64,000 bases of DNA from the human T2T-CHM13v2.0 reference genome, Homo sapiens: assembly GCF_009914755.1 (NCBI RefSeq), contig NC_060926.1; one strand, 5' to 3'. The first letter of the stretch is position 1. Every line of letters begins with the position of its first letter. A program made the translations under genes and the position numbers. This document shows positions 34,219 to 49,379 of the stretch, in pieces. The notes beneath the pieces are model-generated. The model was not told the origin of the DNA, did not search any database, and worked only from the letters and a program-made list of their open reading frames with translations.

Positions 34219-35122
34219 TAGTATATCTTTATGTAAAATGACACAGAACAGACTGGAAGGATGATACAGTACTTAACTCATCTGGGCAAAATGGTTTAAC
34301 ACAGTTCCATATATCAGTAAGACGTTTCAGCCAAAAATGCAACACATAACAGACGTTGAGGACATCTTAATCTCTTACTGGTCCCTCACTCATAGTAAAA
34401 TACTAAAGTCATTATAATTTTTATATTGATTCATCTAAGGATACTATCACTCTTGAATTCCTTATGGTACAAAGAGCTGATGTCATAATATTGAGTATCC
34501 AGTAAGAATATTCTTGGAAACAGAGTGTTTATTTTTTATAAGTTTGGAGGGTCTTCACTATTACCTAGCATTGCAGATCAATAGAAATGCTTTTTAAATT
34601 TAAAAACCCAGTTATGTTGACCAGTATTATAAATAGTATAAAGATACTACATTTAAGGCGAAGATAGCATGAATATTTGAAAAGTATTTTGAAAGCAAGC
34701 CTGTAGTAATAGACCTGACAAAAATCAAATTCTTTCACAACTAAAATTTCTATCTACCTCCAAATTATTGCCTCCATTATATTCATATCTGAACTAAGCT
34801 GTCTTAATTTGCTACAAATGTAGTTAATTATGTAAATCATTTAAATTTTTCACCCACGGAGGCATTTTGAACATGAGGTTGTGGTGAGTATATAAAAGGA
34901 TCTTTAAAGAATTTAGAGGAAATTAAACAGACACATGTGAGAGGTTAATTTTTTTTTAAGAATGTGCGTGGATATGCAGTTATATAAACTCATGTCATGC
35001 ACATTATATGGGAATAGAAACATCGTGGTCACCTGATTTCATTGTAACTTTTCCTACTTTGTCGAATTTTTTTCAATGTGGGGCATCTTGTTTTATTTAA
35101 GATATATATACATCATGTGTAA

Positions 35123-35263
<141 letters not shown>

Positions 35264-36229
35264 TAAAAATTAAATTTATAAGGTTTCCATTGCTTCTAGA
35301 GTACCATAATTTTGCTATATATGTTTTCATTATTGAGTTAGAGTAATAGAATAAGATTGCAGATATTTGAAGTACACCAGAAACATTTTAGTTTTTTAGG
35401 GCAAAGATGTTGTTGGTCTAGTATATGCAAATATATAAATATCTTTTTGCATTATGCATGTCACCATGATGTATGAATTTTGGGAAATATAGAATCACTA
35501 AGATATTTAGGCTCTTGATTGAGTTAGACATATACCATTAATCATGAGAAAAAAGAAAAATAGGTATCTCACCATAGTGCACTCAACCAAATAAGAACTT
35601 AGTGTATTCACTTATGAGTTTTTGAAGTTTTTAAATGCAAAGTTTTTGTTCCTTCTTGCTGAGTTTATAAATCATCAACCCAAAGATTTTTGAGGTGTTT
35701 ATTTGAGTCAGTACTTTAATTGTGAAATCTTTCATTTTGTCAGATTACTAAATGAATAATTTTTAACTTTTTGGCAACTCATAAGCACTTTGAGACATTC
35801 TCCCTGCAAAAATGGCTACCCACAAATTATCTGACCAACACTTTCATGGAGTGAAAGATGCCAAGGTGAAGAAATCTTCCTCTAGATGTTAGCTTTCCAG
35901 AGTAGTAGCTTTCCAGAGTTGACATACGTTGAAATAAAAATGATGTCACTAGATATGGGCACACGGAAGATAAGAGAGTTGTTTATCTCTTACACAGTCT
36001 TGCTTCAAGATAACTTGTTTTTATTCAGGATGTATTGTATTCAGTACTATCTTGATTTTCTGTTTCGTATTTAATATCAACCCCAAAGAGAATTACCAAA
36101 ATGAAGTGGTCTCTATAATAGGAGCTGAAGGATTATAGGTAAGGATTTAGAGAGAAGGTAGGCAACTCTCCTTGACTTTTTTTCCTCCAGTTCAAGTTTA
36201 TTCCTCAGTAGTCCCAACAGAAAGATAAA

Positions 36230-37470
36230 TTTATGAGTCTATTGAACAGCTCTAACTATGTGCCAAGCATTGTGCTAAACATTGTAGATATGAAAAGGTA
36301 TTACATAAAAGCTCTGACCCTACAGTATTCACTGTCTCTGTACTAGAAAAAGACACCTGATAATTAAAATAAAACAAATGTAAAAGAGGTTTACAGGTGC
36401 TGTAATAGCCAGAGAAGGGCCACAACCTCTGAAAGGATTTTGGAATATGTCACTGAAAAGGTAGTGCCTAACCTGAATCTTGAATTAAGAGTGTTTTATA
36501 TTGGAGCTGTCTATACAGAGAGACATGGGAAGGGCATTTGAGATAGAGACTAGAGGATTGCCAAGGCATAGTTATGTGAGAGGAAGTGTTATATTCAAGG
36601 AAAGATAGGCATGTGGCAAGTTATTCTAGAAAGTGATGGTAAAGGTCGGGCGCAGTGGCTCACGCTTGTAATCCCAGCACTTTGGGAGGCCGAGGCGGGT
36701 GGATCACGAGGTCAGGAGATCGAGACCATCCTGGCTAACACAGTGAAACCCTGTCTCTACTAAAAATATAAAAAATTAGCTGGGTGTGGTGGCGGGTGCC
36801 TGTAGTCCCAGCTGCGTGGGAGGCTGAGGCAGGGGAATGGTGTAAACCCGGGAGGCAGAGCTTGCAGTGAGTAGAGATGCGCCACTGCACTCCAGCCTGG
36901 GCGACAGGGCGAGACTCCGTCTCAAAAAAAAAAAAAAAAAAGGAAAGTGACAGTAAAGGTACTGGTGAGATATGAAGCATAGGCCATATCCAACTATCGT
37001 CAGCAAGGGATAATACCAACACCCTATGGCAGTGAGGAAATGTGAGGGGACCTTTTGATTGTCCCAGTGAGTGCAGAGTGCTGCTGGGAAGCCAGGGATG
37101 CCAAAAAGACCTATAAAACGGTGATGAACCACGAAAAATTGTCTTGAAATGCCAGTAGTGCATCAGTCGAGAAATACTGACTATGGCATGCCAAGTTAAG
37201 GAGTAATTAAACTGGATTTTAAATAGGGCCATACCATAATGAGATTTGTGTTTTGGAAAGATTACTTTGGTGTTTTAGAAAGATTATTTTGGCAGAGATA
37301 ACTGTAAAGAAAAAGAGTGGCTAGGAGACCATAGAAAAGAATGGAGAGGAAAAGACACATTTGAAAGATATTTAGGAAGTATCATGGCAGGACTTGATGA
37401 TCATTTTTATATGGAAAGGCAATGGGGACAGTAGAGTAGAACAGAAAGGCCAAGTACTAAAGATAGCAAA
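36230..37470 (+). mobile_element. Degenerate L2 interrupted by AluY (36644-36942, +) and a MER3/MER33-like hAT element (about 36990-37180)
   Basis: L2 motifs (ctatgtgccaagcattgtgcta, ttttggaaagattact); Alu TSD gaaagtgatggtaaa/gaaagtgacagtaaa. Confidence 0.75.
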
Positions 37471-37475
37471 AACAG

Positions 37476-37995
<520 letters not shown>

Positions 37996-38034
37996 TTAAA
38001 ATAAAATAACAGAGGGATATGAAAATATAAGTAT

Positions 38035-38710
38035 TGTAAGATTGCGAAATATATATATTTGGTCTGCCTCCGTTTCCTAGCTTACAACTAAAATACCTGT
38101 AATCTCCAAAGAGCTATCTTTTTGTATGCTAATGTTGACTGATAGCTTCAAGATATCAGATTAGGCGGGTCACTGGAAGGACAAAGGCATGTTCAGAGGG
38201 TTGGGACTTCAGCCCCTGCTCCCAATCTCCTGGATGAGGAGATTGGTGAAGGTCAGTCTCCTCAACAATCATACCTACATAATGAAGACTTCATAAAAAC
38301 CCAAAAGGACAGATTCAGAGGGCTTCCCGATAGCTGAACACATGGAGGTTCCTGGAGGATGTCAGGCCCCAGGAAAAGAATGCAAGCTCCATCCCTCTTC
38401 CCCCATACTTCGTTGTATGCATCTCTTCATCTGTATCCTTTATAATAAACCAACAAATATGAGTAAGTGTTTCCCTGAGTTCTGTGATCTGCTCCAGCAA
38501 ACTAGTTGAATCCAAAGCAGGGGTCATGGGAACCCCAACTTGAAGCTGGTAGTCAGAAGTTCCAGAGGCCTAGACTTGGAACTGGTGTCTGAAGTGGGGC
38601 AGTCTTGGGGACTGAGCCCCAAACTGTGGGATCTGACACTATCTCCAGGTATAGAGTGTCAGAATTGAATTGGAGGACACCCAGCTGTTGTCCACTGTAG
38701 AACTGCTTGC

Positions 38711-38779
<69 letters not shown>

Positions 38780-38890
38780 GGTGGAGAGAAATCTCCACAT
38801 ATTTTGGGTCACAGAAGTCTTCTCTGTTGATTGTTGTTGTGTTGGTGTGAGAACAGAGGGAAAACATGATTAAAGAGGTTTTCCAAAACA
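38035..38890 (+). mobile_element. Full-length solo LTR, MER21A-like (ERVL class)
   Basis: TG(38035)...CA(38890), 5-bp TSD agtat/agtac, aaatatatatatttggtct 5' motif, TATA-like cataaaaa at about 38293, AATAAA 38444-49. Confidence 0.85.
38705..38779. repeat. Compound microsatellite (GCTT)2(GCGT)7(GCTT)9
   Basis: Read directly from the sequence. Confidence 0.95.
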
Positions 38891-39204
38891 AGTACCAAAA
38901 ATAATTTGTTAGATTCAGAAGTTAGAAATTGTTGGCTATTTTAACAAGTCATTTCATTTGGGATAGGGTGGTGGGAACCAGAACTCAGTGGGTTGAGTAA
39001 TAAGTGGGAAGGTAGGAATTCATAACTAGTATGAGTAAAATAAGATTCTAGACAGGCAGAATTTTTCTTCTCTCTCTAAACCTGTGGGAAAGACATCAGC
39101 AAGGAACAAAGATTATAAATCCATTTTTATGTCTTCCAAATTATGTTTTGATTGTGTAGTTATTTTTCCTCTATAGATGCAAACGTTTTTAAGTTATCCA
39201 CATA

Positions 39205-39530
39205 GACATTTTTTAACTGTACGGTTTAATGGTTTTTAGTATATTCAATATACAGATAGGAGCACTATCACCACAGTTATAGAACTTTTTCATTGCCCCA
39301 AAAGAAACCCCATACATTGTAGCTATTCCTATGCTAATAATAATAGTAATACTGATATTGGATGATCCCAACCCTAATCTGTTTTCTGTTTCTGTAGATT
39401 TCCCTGTTCTGGACATCTCATATGAATGAAATTATATAATGTATGGTCGTTCATGACTGGCTTTTATTCACTTAGCATAATGTTTTTAAGGTTCATCCAT
39501 ATTGTAGCATGTACCTTTTTTTATTCCTTC
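39205..39530 (-). mobile_element. L1M (MB/MC-type) 3' UTR fragment
   Basis: ctgttctggacatctcatatgaatgaaattata...ttcacttagcataatgtttttaaggttcatccat. Confidence 0.85.
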
Positions 39531-41144
39531 TGTGTATGCATTTTTATTTGAGCAAATATACAAGTGAATAATTCGTGTAATGGCTAATGTATAAGTTACT
39601 ATTAGTGTCATTGTGGTTTTAGGAAGTTGAAGCTAATGTTAAATTTTGTGAGAAATAAGGTTTGCTTAATAATTGATTCAGTATTCTCTCTCAGTGAAGC
39701 ATACAGCTAATTGCCAGCTATACCTGGTACACAATTAGTTAGAAGTATGGCAAATTCCCCCTGAAGCATTCAGGGTTGAATATTGCCTGGAGAATTCTAC
39801 TAGATGTTAAGCAGATTTATTTTTAGTGATACTAAAATTTAGTCAGCCTTTCCTTTTTGGATATCTTTAATTTCAAGATTTTTGTTCACATCATTAAATC
39901 TTCATTATCTTGTCATAGCCCAATAAATAAACTAAATTTCAGGGGTTAAATAATAAGTTATCTGGAATTTCTGGGTGTCTGCAATATTTTCAGAGACTAC
40001 CCTATTAAATACAGTCATTAATAAATTAGAACCTAGGAACCTGAAGGTGTTACTGATAAAGATTACACTCACTGACATAATTTTATATGTATTTTTGTGT
40101 TGCTTTTAGCCATATTGTATAAATTTTATATGGAGAAATATGGATGGTACAGATAACTTATATTATGTAATAGGAAAACAATACCATGGATTAACCTGAA
40201 GGTGGATTTTTTTAAGTAATTTGTTTTGCTCTAGGGAACGTCACGTATTTGTTCTCTGAAATATCTTCTAAAAGTCATTTTTATTGGAGGTAATATTTAA
40301 GTCATTTTATTTCTTATCTGTTGCAGACATTTAACCAAGAGCATATGAAACATTGGGTGGAGGGTGGTCAAACAGAAGCATTACTATTTTCTTCTTTTTT
40401 TATTTGCCACTGGTATAACATCGGTTCCCTCTTTCTCTAAAATTACTTCTGGAATAATGACTAGAACAATAGTAACTAAAAGATTGTTAGCCCTTCATTT
40501 TAGCTTTTAGTTTATTAGCTTGTTTTTATTACTTCTTTAATAATTAACAGCATGTATCAGTTCATTTTAAAGGTTACACGATAGAAGTTTTAGTTTGTGC
40601 CTACTTTTAGATGGTTTTGGCTCACCTGCTAAAAGATCAATATACCTTGAGAAAAGTAGTTTACCTGTTAGTTTGAGTCTCATATGTAGGGCCCCTATAA
40701 AGGATTAGTAACCTTTAACTTATGACCATTATAAAAATATCTAACCTCAATTACAGATTTGAAAATTTGAAAGCTTGGATAAGCTACAATGTGGAATAAA
40801 AGGCAGAAGGTATAAATCTTAAGACCTTAGGAAAGTTGTCATTCTTGTTTTTTTAACAAGTGCTACTAAAAGCAGGGTATCTTTTTTAAAATAAGTGACC
40901 CAGATAATCTAAAAATCCTCTGCAATCTATAGATGTACGTCTTAAGGGGAGAGAAAGCCTAAATTTCTATCAATTGCTAGTAAAATTGTTAGATTCTGTT
41001 ATTTCATGCAGATAGTGGAAATTTCAGTGGCAGTGCATTTCACTGAAGAACAATTGAAATATTCTTATACCTGCTCTTTAGCTCAAACACAGAAAATCAA
41101 TTTAAATGTACTGTTTTATGAACTCCAAATAAGTTGCCTCCTTT

Positions 41145-41454
<310 letters not shown>

Positions 41455-41564
41455 TAGTTGCCTGCTTTTGATTCTCGTCTTTATTTTTTTTACAGTAAGG
41501 CAATATGTAAATTATAAAAGTTACTGAAAATACTGTCTCACAATAACCCCAAAAGCTTGGATGA

Positions 41565-41870
<306 letters not shown>

Positions 41871-42009
41871 TTGGGTGAAAGAGGGTCTTATAATTTAGTA
41901 AATAAATTCTTTGTTGGGAAAACTTTAGGAAGTAAAAATTCTTCACCCTCCCCTAAAATTTAAGAAAAACAAAAAGAATACTAAAAGACCTTCTGGATGA
42001 AGTAATTTT

Positions 42010-43020
<1,011 letters not shown>

Positions 43021-44212
43021 TTTTTCTGTTGATTTTTTTTAAACAAATATAAAAATGTAAGTTAAATATTTAATGAATGATGGGGGAAATGTTATTACTT
43101 AGTTTTATGAAACTTTTGCAGTGTAGGAGGAGAATCAAATGCAGGTCTGATGTGTAGACTTTCAGGTGACCAAAGCAGGGGCTACCAGTTCTTCTATTGA
43201 AATTGAGAATAATCTGCATAGTGTTTATTTTAGGGAATCATTAACCTCTTGGCCTCGTTTTCTTGATCTGTAAACTTTGGAAGACAAAACTGAATGATTT
43301 GTAAAGCTGCTTTTAGCTTTAAGTTTCTGTAAGTTACATTTTTTTTTTCACATGTATATGAAATTTCCAATTAGCACAGGAAAATTCTAGAGCCATGTTA
43401 TGGGTGTGTGAGCAGGGAGGTCCTTTGGGGAGTGATACCATTAATTTGTTGCAGCTAAGAGAACTAAATAAGACCCTAGTGATCTAAAGGAGCACATACA
43501 GGTACTCCCTAGAGTCCTTATTTATTTTATATGTTGGAGGTTTTTGGTTCACTTAGATTTTTATGGGAAAATTTAAAAATATATAATGGCAGTTTATAGA
43601 ATGGGTTGAAATATCCTCTTCTTCTAAATTAGCGATATAATTAATACTTCTCTGCCATAGTCCCATCTACATACTAGTATTAGATTCCCATAGAAGTATT
43701 CCTGTTGTTACTGGCATTGCATGTTCTTTAGAATACTGTTTCTATGGAGTTCAGCATGATAACAAAGTCCTGAGCCTAACTAAAGATGTCTGTTCTTCTG
43801 CTTCCTCTCCACTTTATTGAATGAGGAAATAAAAACTAAAATGCTTTTATTATCCACACATTCACAGAGCAAACTCTAATATAGTAATACTAAGCAGATC
43901 AAAATACATTTAAGTTCCTTCGTTGTGTGTAAGCAAAAAAAAAAAAAATGCATTTAAGAATAGCCACATGTTGATTATTGTTAAAGTTGGGTGATGGGTA
44001 CATCAAAATTCATTACACTATTCTCTACATTAGTGTATGTGTGAAAACTTCTGTAATAAAAAGTTAAACTACAAAAATCATCTTTTGTTTTAAAACATTA
44101 ATAAATATTCTAGCATCAAGATTGGGGTAATACTGAATGTATAGTTTTTAGGGGGTGAAATTTAGCTGTATAAATCATAGGCTGTTGACATTTGTGATTA
44201 CTTCATTGCTAA

Positions 44213-44308
<96 letters not shown>

Positions 44309-44367
44309 TAAGTCCTGACATTCAACAAGAAAAGAAATTGTCATCACCATTCTCCTTGACTTACTAA

Positions 44368-44532
<165 letters not shown>

Positions 44533-45945
44533 TAAGTGTCAAGAGATGTAACTACATATTATATATCTAAATAATAATACTTTATCTTTCTATATTACCT
44601 TTCATCTGAGGTTTTCCACATGTTTTAACAGTCTAATTAAGTTTTATGATAACCTTATGTGATAGGACTGAAAAACACATTTAGTTTACTGGGAACAAAA
44701 TGCAACAGCCTGGACTCAAATATGGCATATGAATGAGGACTGGGGCATATGGTAAAAAAATAAAAATCCAGAGGACATAGTATCAGTGATGTTTGACAAC
44801 CACTCTTAGGGATTTTTAAAATTAATTTAGACAGCTGTAGCCAGCCTTAGTCAAATTTAAAAAAAAAAAAAAAAACACAAGAGAGAGAGCAGACTTTGTC
44901 CGTGACACCCTCACATTTAGTTAATCTTCTGTCAGTTTACCGTTCTTTCCAAAAGCCTCTGAATTTACTCCTTTTCTCTCACAATTCTTAAGAAAGTGGG
45001 ACTGTTGGTTAATGCAATATCATTAGTGCTGTCTTCTTCCTGGGCTATGTATGATTCTCCGGAGGAGCTTTTTGTTTTAAGAATTGATTGCTTTATAGTG
45101 TTACGGAAGTAGATCATCATTGCTGTTACTTGGGAACAGAAGACCCAATGCAGAGGCACCCAAGTTATAAAACATACACAGCACATCCGTTACATCTTCT
45201 GCCTATTTTTAAGGCTAATCCTAAAACAACTAGCTGAGTTCAGCTGAAATTTATATTTTGATGGTGATTTGCCTATCGAAAGGAATTTCAGTTTGATATG
45301 AGGCAGCAACAAGTCTGTGGTAATGAGTAGCAGTCAACTTCAGATGGCATAAATAATCCTTTTTGGTCCATTATTTTTCTTTCTTTCCTGAAGCCAGATT
45401 TCTCCCAGGTTCTTATCTATGAATGATTTAATTTGCATGGTTATATTTAATTCATCTATGCCTTTTCTGATTTATGGTCTTTTGTCCTTATAGCTGCCAT
45501 ATCACTTGCTGGAACTATTGGTTTTCTCCCATTTTAAATAGTCTTTTTGTAAACTAAGTAAATACTTTAGTATTTTTAAATGATCGTTCCTATAATTAAA
45601 AGTAAATTAGTGAAAATAGATGTGTTTAGAAAGGGATCTTTTCTTCTTATAGGGATTAAATGTTACTAAAATGTGAGTCTGATTTAGTTTTCATTAAAAT
45701 TTAAATTTTCATATCCCTTCGTCTTTAATATTCTTTTCAGTTAGTCTTTTTCCAGTCAGTTATATCATGACTAAAGTAGGATAGTAACCATTAAGCTATG
45801 AGCTGAGCTAGAGGTGAATAGAACTGTTAATTCATTTAACCAGTACCTCTCAACATTACTCAGAGCTGCTGGATACACAAGCACATATACATTAGCAGGC
45901 ATTTTGACTAACATTTTGACTGGTGACTCTCTAAGGTTTTCAATA

Positions 45946-46117
45946 CAGTGTAACCTCAGTTATTTGAATTATATGAATGATGTCAAAAAGCTTTAGAGCT
46001 GTCTTTATCAAGATAATCAAAAGCTAGGCTCAGCAGAGATGCTTATAATATACTTAAAGAAGTATGGGTCAATAATATAATTATAATCAGACAGTTCAAA
46101 TCATTCAAGTTACACTG
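45946..46117. mobile_element. Tc1/mariner (Tigger-type) MITE, 172 bp
   Basis: TIRs cagtgtaacctcagttatttgaa / ttcaaatcattcaagttacactg flanked by TA at 45944-45 and 46118-19. Confidence 0.8.
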
Positions 46118-46888
46118 TACTTTTTATATATATATATCTTCTGGGATATGAAGAAGGTTGTAAATCAGAAAACCTTAGAGATCTGCTCCATATTGAATAA
46201 AAACAAACTTACCTTTTCCTCATAGGGAGATTACCCGCTCCAGCCTTGAATCAGTGGTGTTATGGATGTCAACAACCCAGTGTCCACTGGGGTGTCTCAA
46301 TGGAGCGGGAAGTTGGCGATTACAGGGCAGTAAATTCAGGCATCTATAAAAGAATGAGGTAAGACAGTCTTAAGGTTAGCTGAAATGCCTGCCAGTGCTG
46401 TTGGTGTGGGAATCCAGCTGCTCTTAGAAAAGTTGCCAGGCCCTTGGTTAAACCTTATAGTTCACTTTGGAATAGCAGTCTCTCGTTCAAATATAAACTC
46501 CATGAATAAGAAAATGTGACTTTGAACAGTTACAAAGATAGATGACATAAGTCAATGGGGCAATCATGTGACAAAAATAACATACTGCCATGGTCAGAAC
46601 TAAATAAAAATCTTTCAAACCCTTGAAGAAAATACTCTTTTTCTTATTATTTTGATCACAAAGCTGTTTTTCGTCTTCCTATTTTTCTTTTACTTCTTAC
46701 ATATATTTATGTACAAATCTGTTCTCTATTTCACCCATCTAAGTATTTTACAATAGAAATTTCATTAACTTGCTTAGATAATTCTCACTTTTAATCTCCT
46801 TTTGCATAATTTGACAGGAGGCTTTTACGTACTTTATTAGAAATTCATAGGTTAAAATAAATGTTCAAAAGTATTACTTCGGTTCTAG

Positions 46889-47185
<297 letters not shown>

Positions 47186-47859
47186 TTAAAAAGAAGTGTT
47201 ACTTAGGTTCTAGATATAAGGAAGTTTGCTGAAAATATCATTACTCAGATTTATTTGGATTAGAAATTTACTTAGGTTATTCACATATATCATTTGATAT
47301 TTGAACTATAAAAACTACCTAGGAGTTCAATGAGATTTTCTCTAAAGCCATTTAATATATTGTTATATTTCATATTTCAAAAGAATAATTCCAGTTTTAT
47401 AATAGAATGATAGTCACAGGAGTATTGATTCAATTAATTTGTTGAAGCTGAGAATGTATTTTGGGAGGTGAAATTTTATATAATTGTAATTTTCCAAGGG
47501 CCACAACCTTGTGTTTGTCCTCTAGATCACAGTGGAACTTGCAACATTTCTGTGGAAGAAAGATGAGTCCACTATAAAATGTATTGCTAAGATTTCATAA
47601 TCGTTACTTTAGGTCACAACTTTGACTTCTATAAAAGAACATCTCTTTTCTAACCTGTTCCAGTTAATGTTAGCAAACCTGTGCCCTACTGTAATTTAAA
47701 ATTAATGGATGCACTTTGAAGTAGTCTGTAAGTTTTTAGCTAATTGAATGACAAAATATTTTATTACTTTCAGGTATAACACCAAACTAGGTACCATAGG
47801 AGTAGCATAAGATACGGCACTGCACTTTCCTTGTCCCAGCATTTTTTCGTAGGTTTAGA

Positions 47860-48320
47860 CGAGGCAGTACAGGCTTTGGGTCTAACTGACCTGAGCTCCA
47901 ACTATGGCTTAATCATATGCCTGCCTTTGACCTTGCATATTTGCTTAAGCCATTTGAACCTCGGTTTGTTCAATAATATTTATATCAGTAACTAACTTCT
48001 GAGTGTTTACTGTTTTATGTGTTACTGACATTTTCATTTCATCTTCAGAACAACCCTAAGAAGTAGGTACACTATATAATTCCCATTTTACAAATAAAGA
48101 AACCGGGAAAGAGAAAGGTTAAGTAACTTGTGCAAGTCATAAAGCAGCTAAAGTGCTAAAGCTCAACCTTTGAATCCAAGCGGACTGACTCCAGAGCCAA
48201 CATTGTATTTGATATGGCCTCTCAACCATAACATGGAATAGTTAGTATTTTCTCATGAGATTATTGTGAGGACTAAATGAGACTGCATAAGCATCTATGG
48301 ATGGCACTAAAAAGTGGTAA
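47860..48320. mobile_element. Nested MIR fragments
   Basis: MIR cores in both orientations (cccattttacaaataaagaaac; gattattgtgaggactaaatgaga). Confidence 0.7.
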
Positions 48321-48342
48321 CTTATTTTATTTCTTTTCATAA

Positions 48343-48534
<192 letters not shown>

Positions 48535-48617
48535 TAGAACAATTGTAGGATTTGTATAGGTGCAAGACATACTATACCAGTAGTTCATTTGCCTAAAAAT
48601 TATCCTCTTTTCTGTAG

Positions 48618-48743
<126 letters not shown>

Positions 48744-49379
48744 TAGAGTATATTCTAATTACGTTGTAGGGTCTCAGTCTCCCTTTTATCTATTGATCAC
48801 ATTTATTTTTAATCACATTTGTTGCACATAAGGTCATCTTTTAGAAATATTGAGATCAGTTTTGCTTGTGTTATTAATAGTTTATAAAATACTACATTGC
48901 AGTAGTTATATAAAATTTTACAAAAGTTGGAAGCAGGTAGACTACAGGAGTCATTAAAAGAATGTTCTCCAGTCTATATAGTTTGTGTGATTTTTTTTCC
49001 CCAGACTTGTGACAGACTTGAGATTTTTATTAATAGAAATTGCTCCACTGTCTACAAAATCATATACTCTAGATGCTACTTGTTAGTTGACTTTCTTTGA
49101 CAAATAATTTATTTCTTCTTTTGAAATAAAGCTAATTGATTTTGTAGGTTAATATCTGTTTTCTTCTTCATAAGTGATTATATAAGATAGGCTTTCTAAA
49201 TGGCTAATTATTTTATGCATATATGCCAGAAGAGAATCAATTTGTTTTTTGTCAACATCTACTAAGCATCTGTCCTGTAATATGTGTTAATCAGCTACAG
49301 ATAGAAATTTCCTCTGTGTTAAAAAAAAAAAAAAAAGAAGATTAAATAACACTAAAATCCAGATTGTAAGTGAAGAACT

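Noticed and set aside
38553-38891. ORFs with ASKQASKQ/ARTH or ACVR/ACLL repeats
   Set aside because: Translations of the tetranucleotide microsatellite inside the LTR.
47527-47545. tcacagtggaac resembling the 5' end of miR-128
   Set aside because: Only about 8 nt match and there is no hairpin. I did not see the mature TCACAGTGAACCGGTCTCTTT in the window; miR-128-1 lies in a downstream intron.
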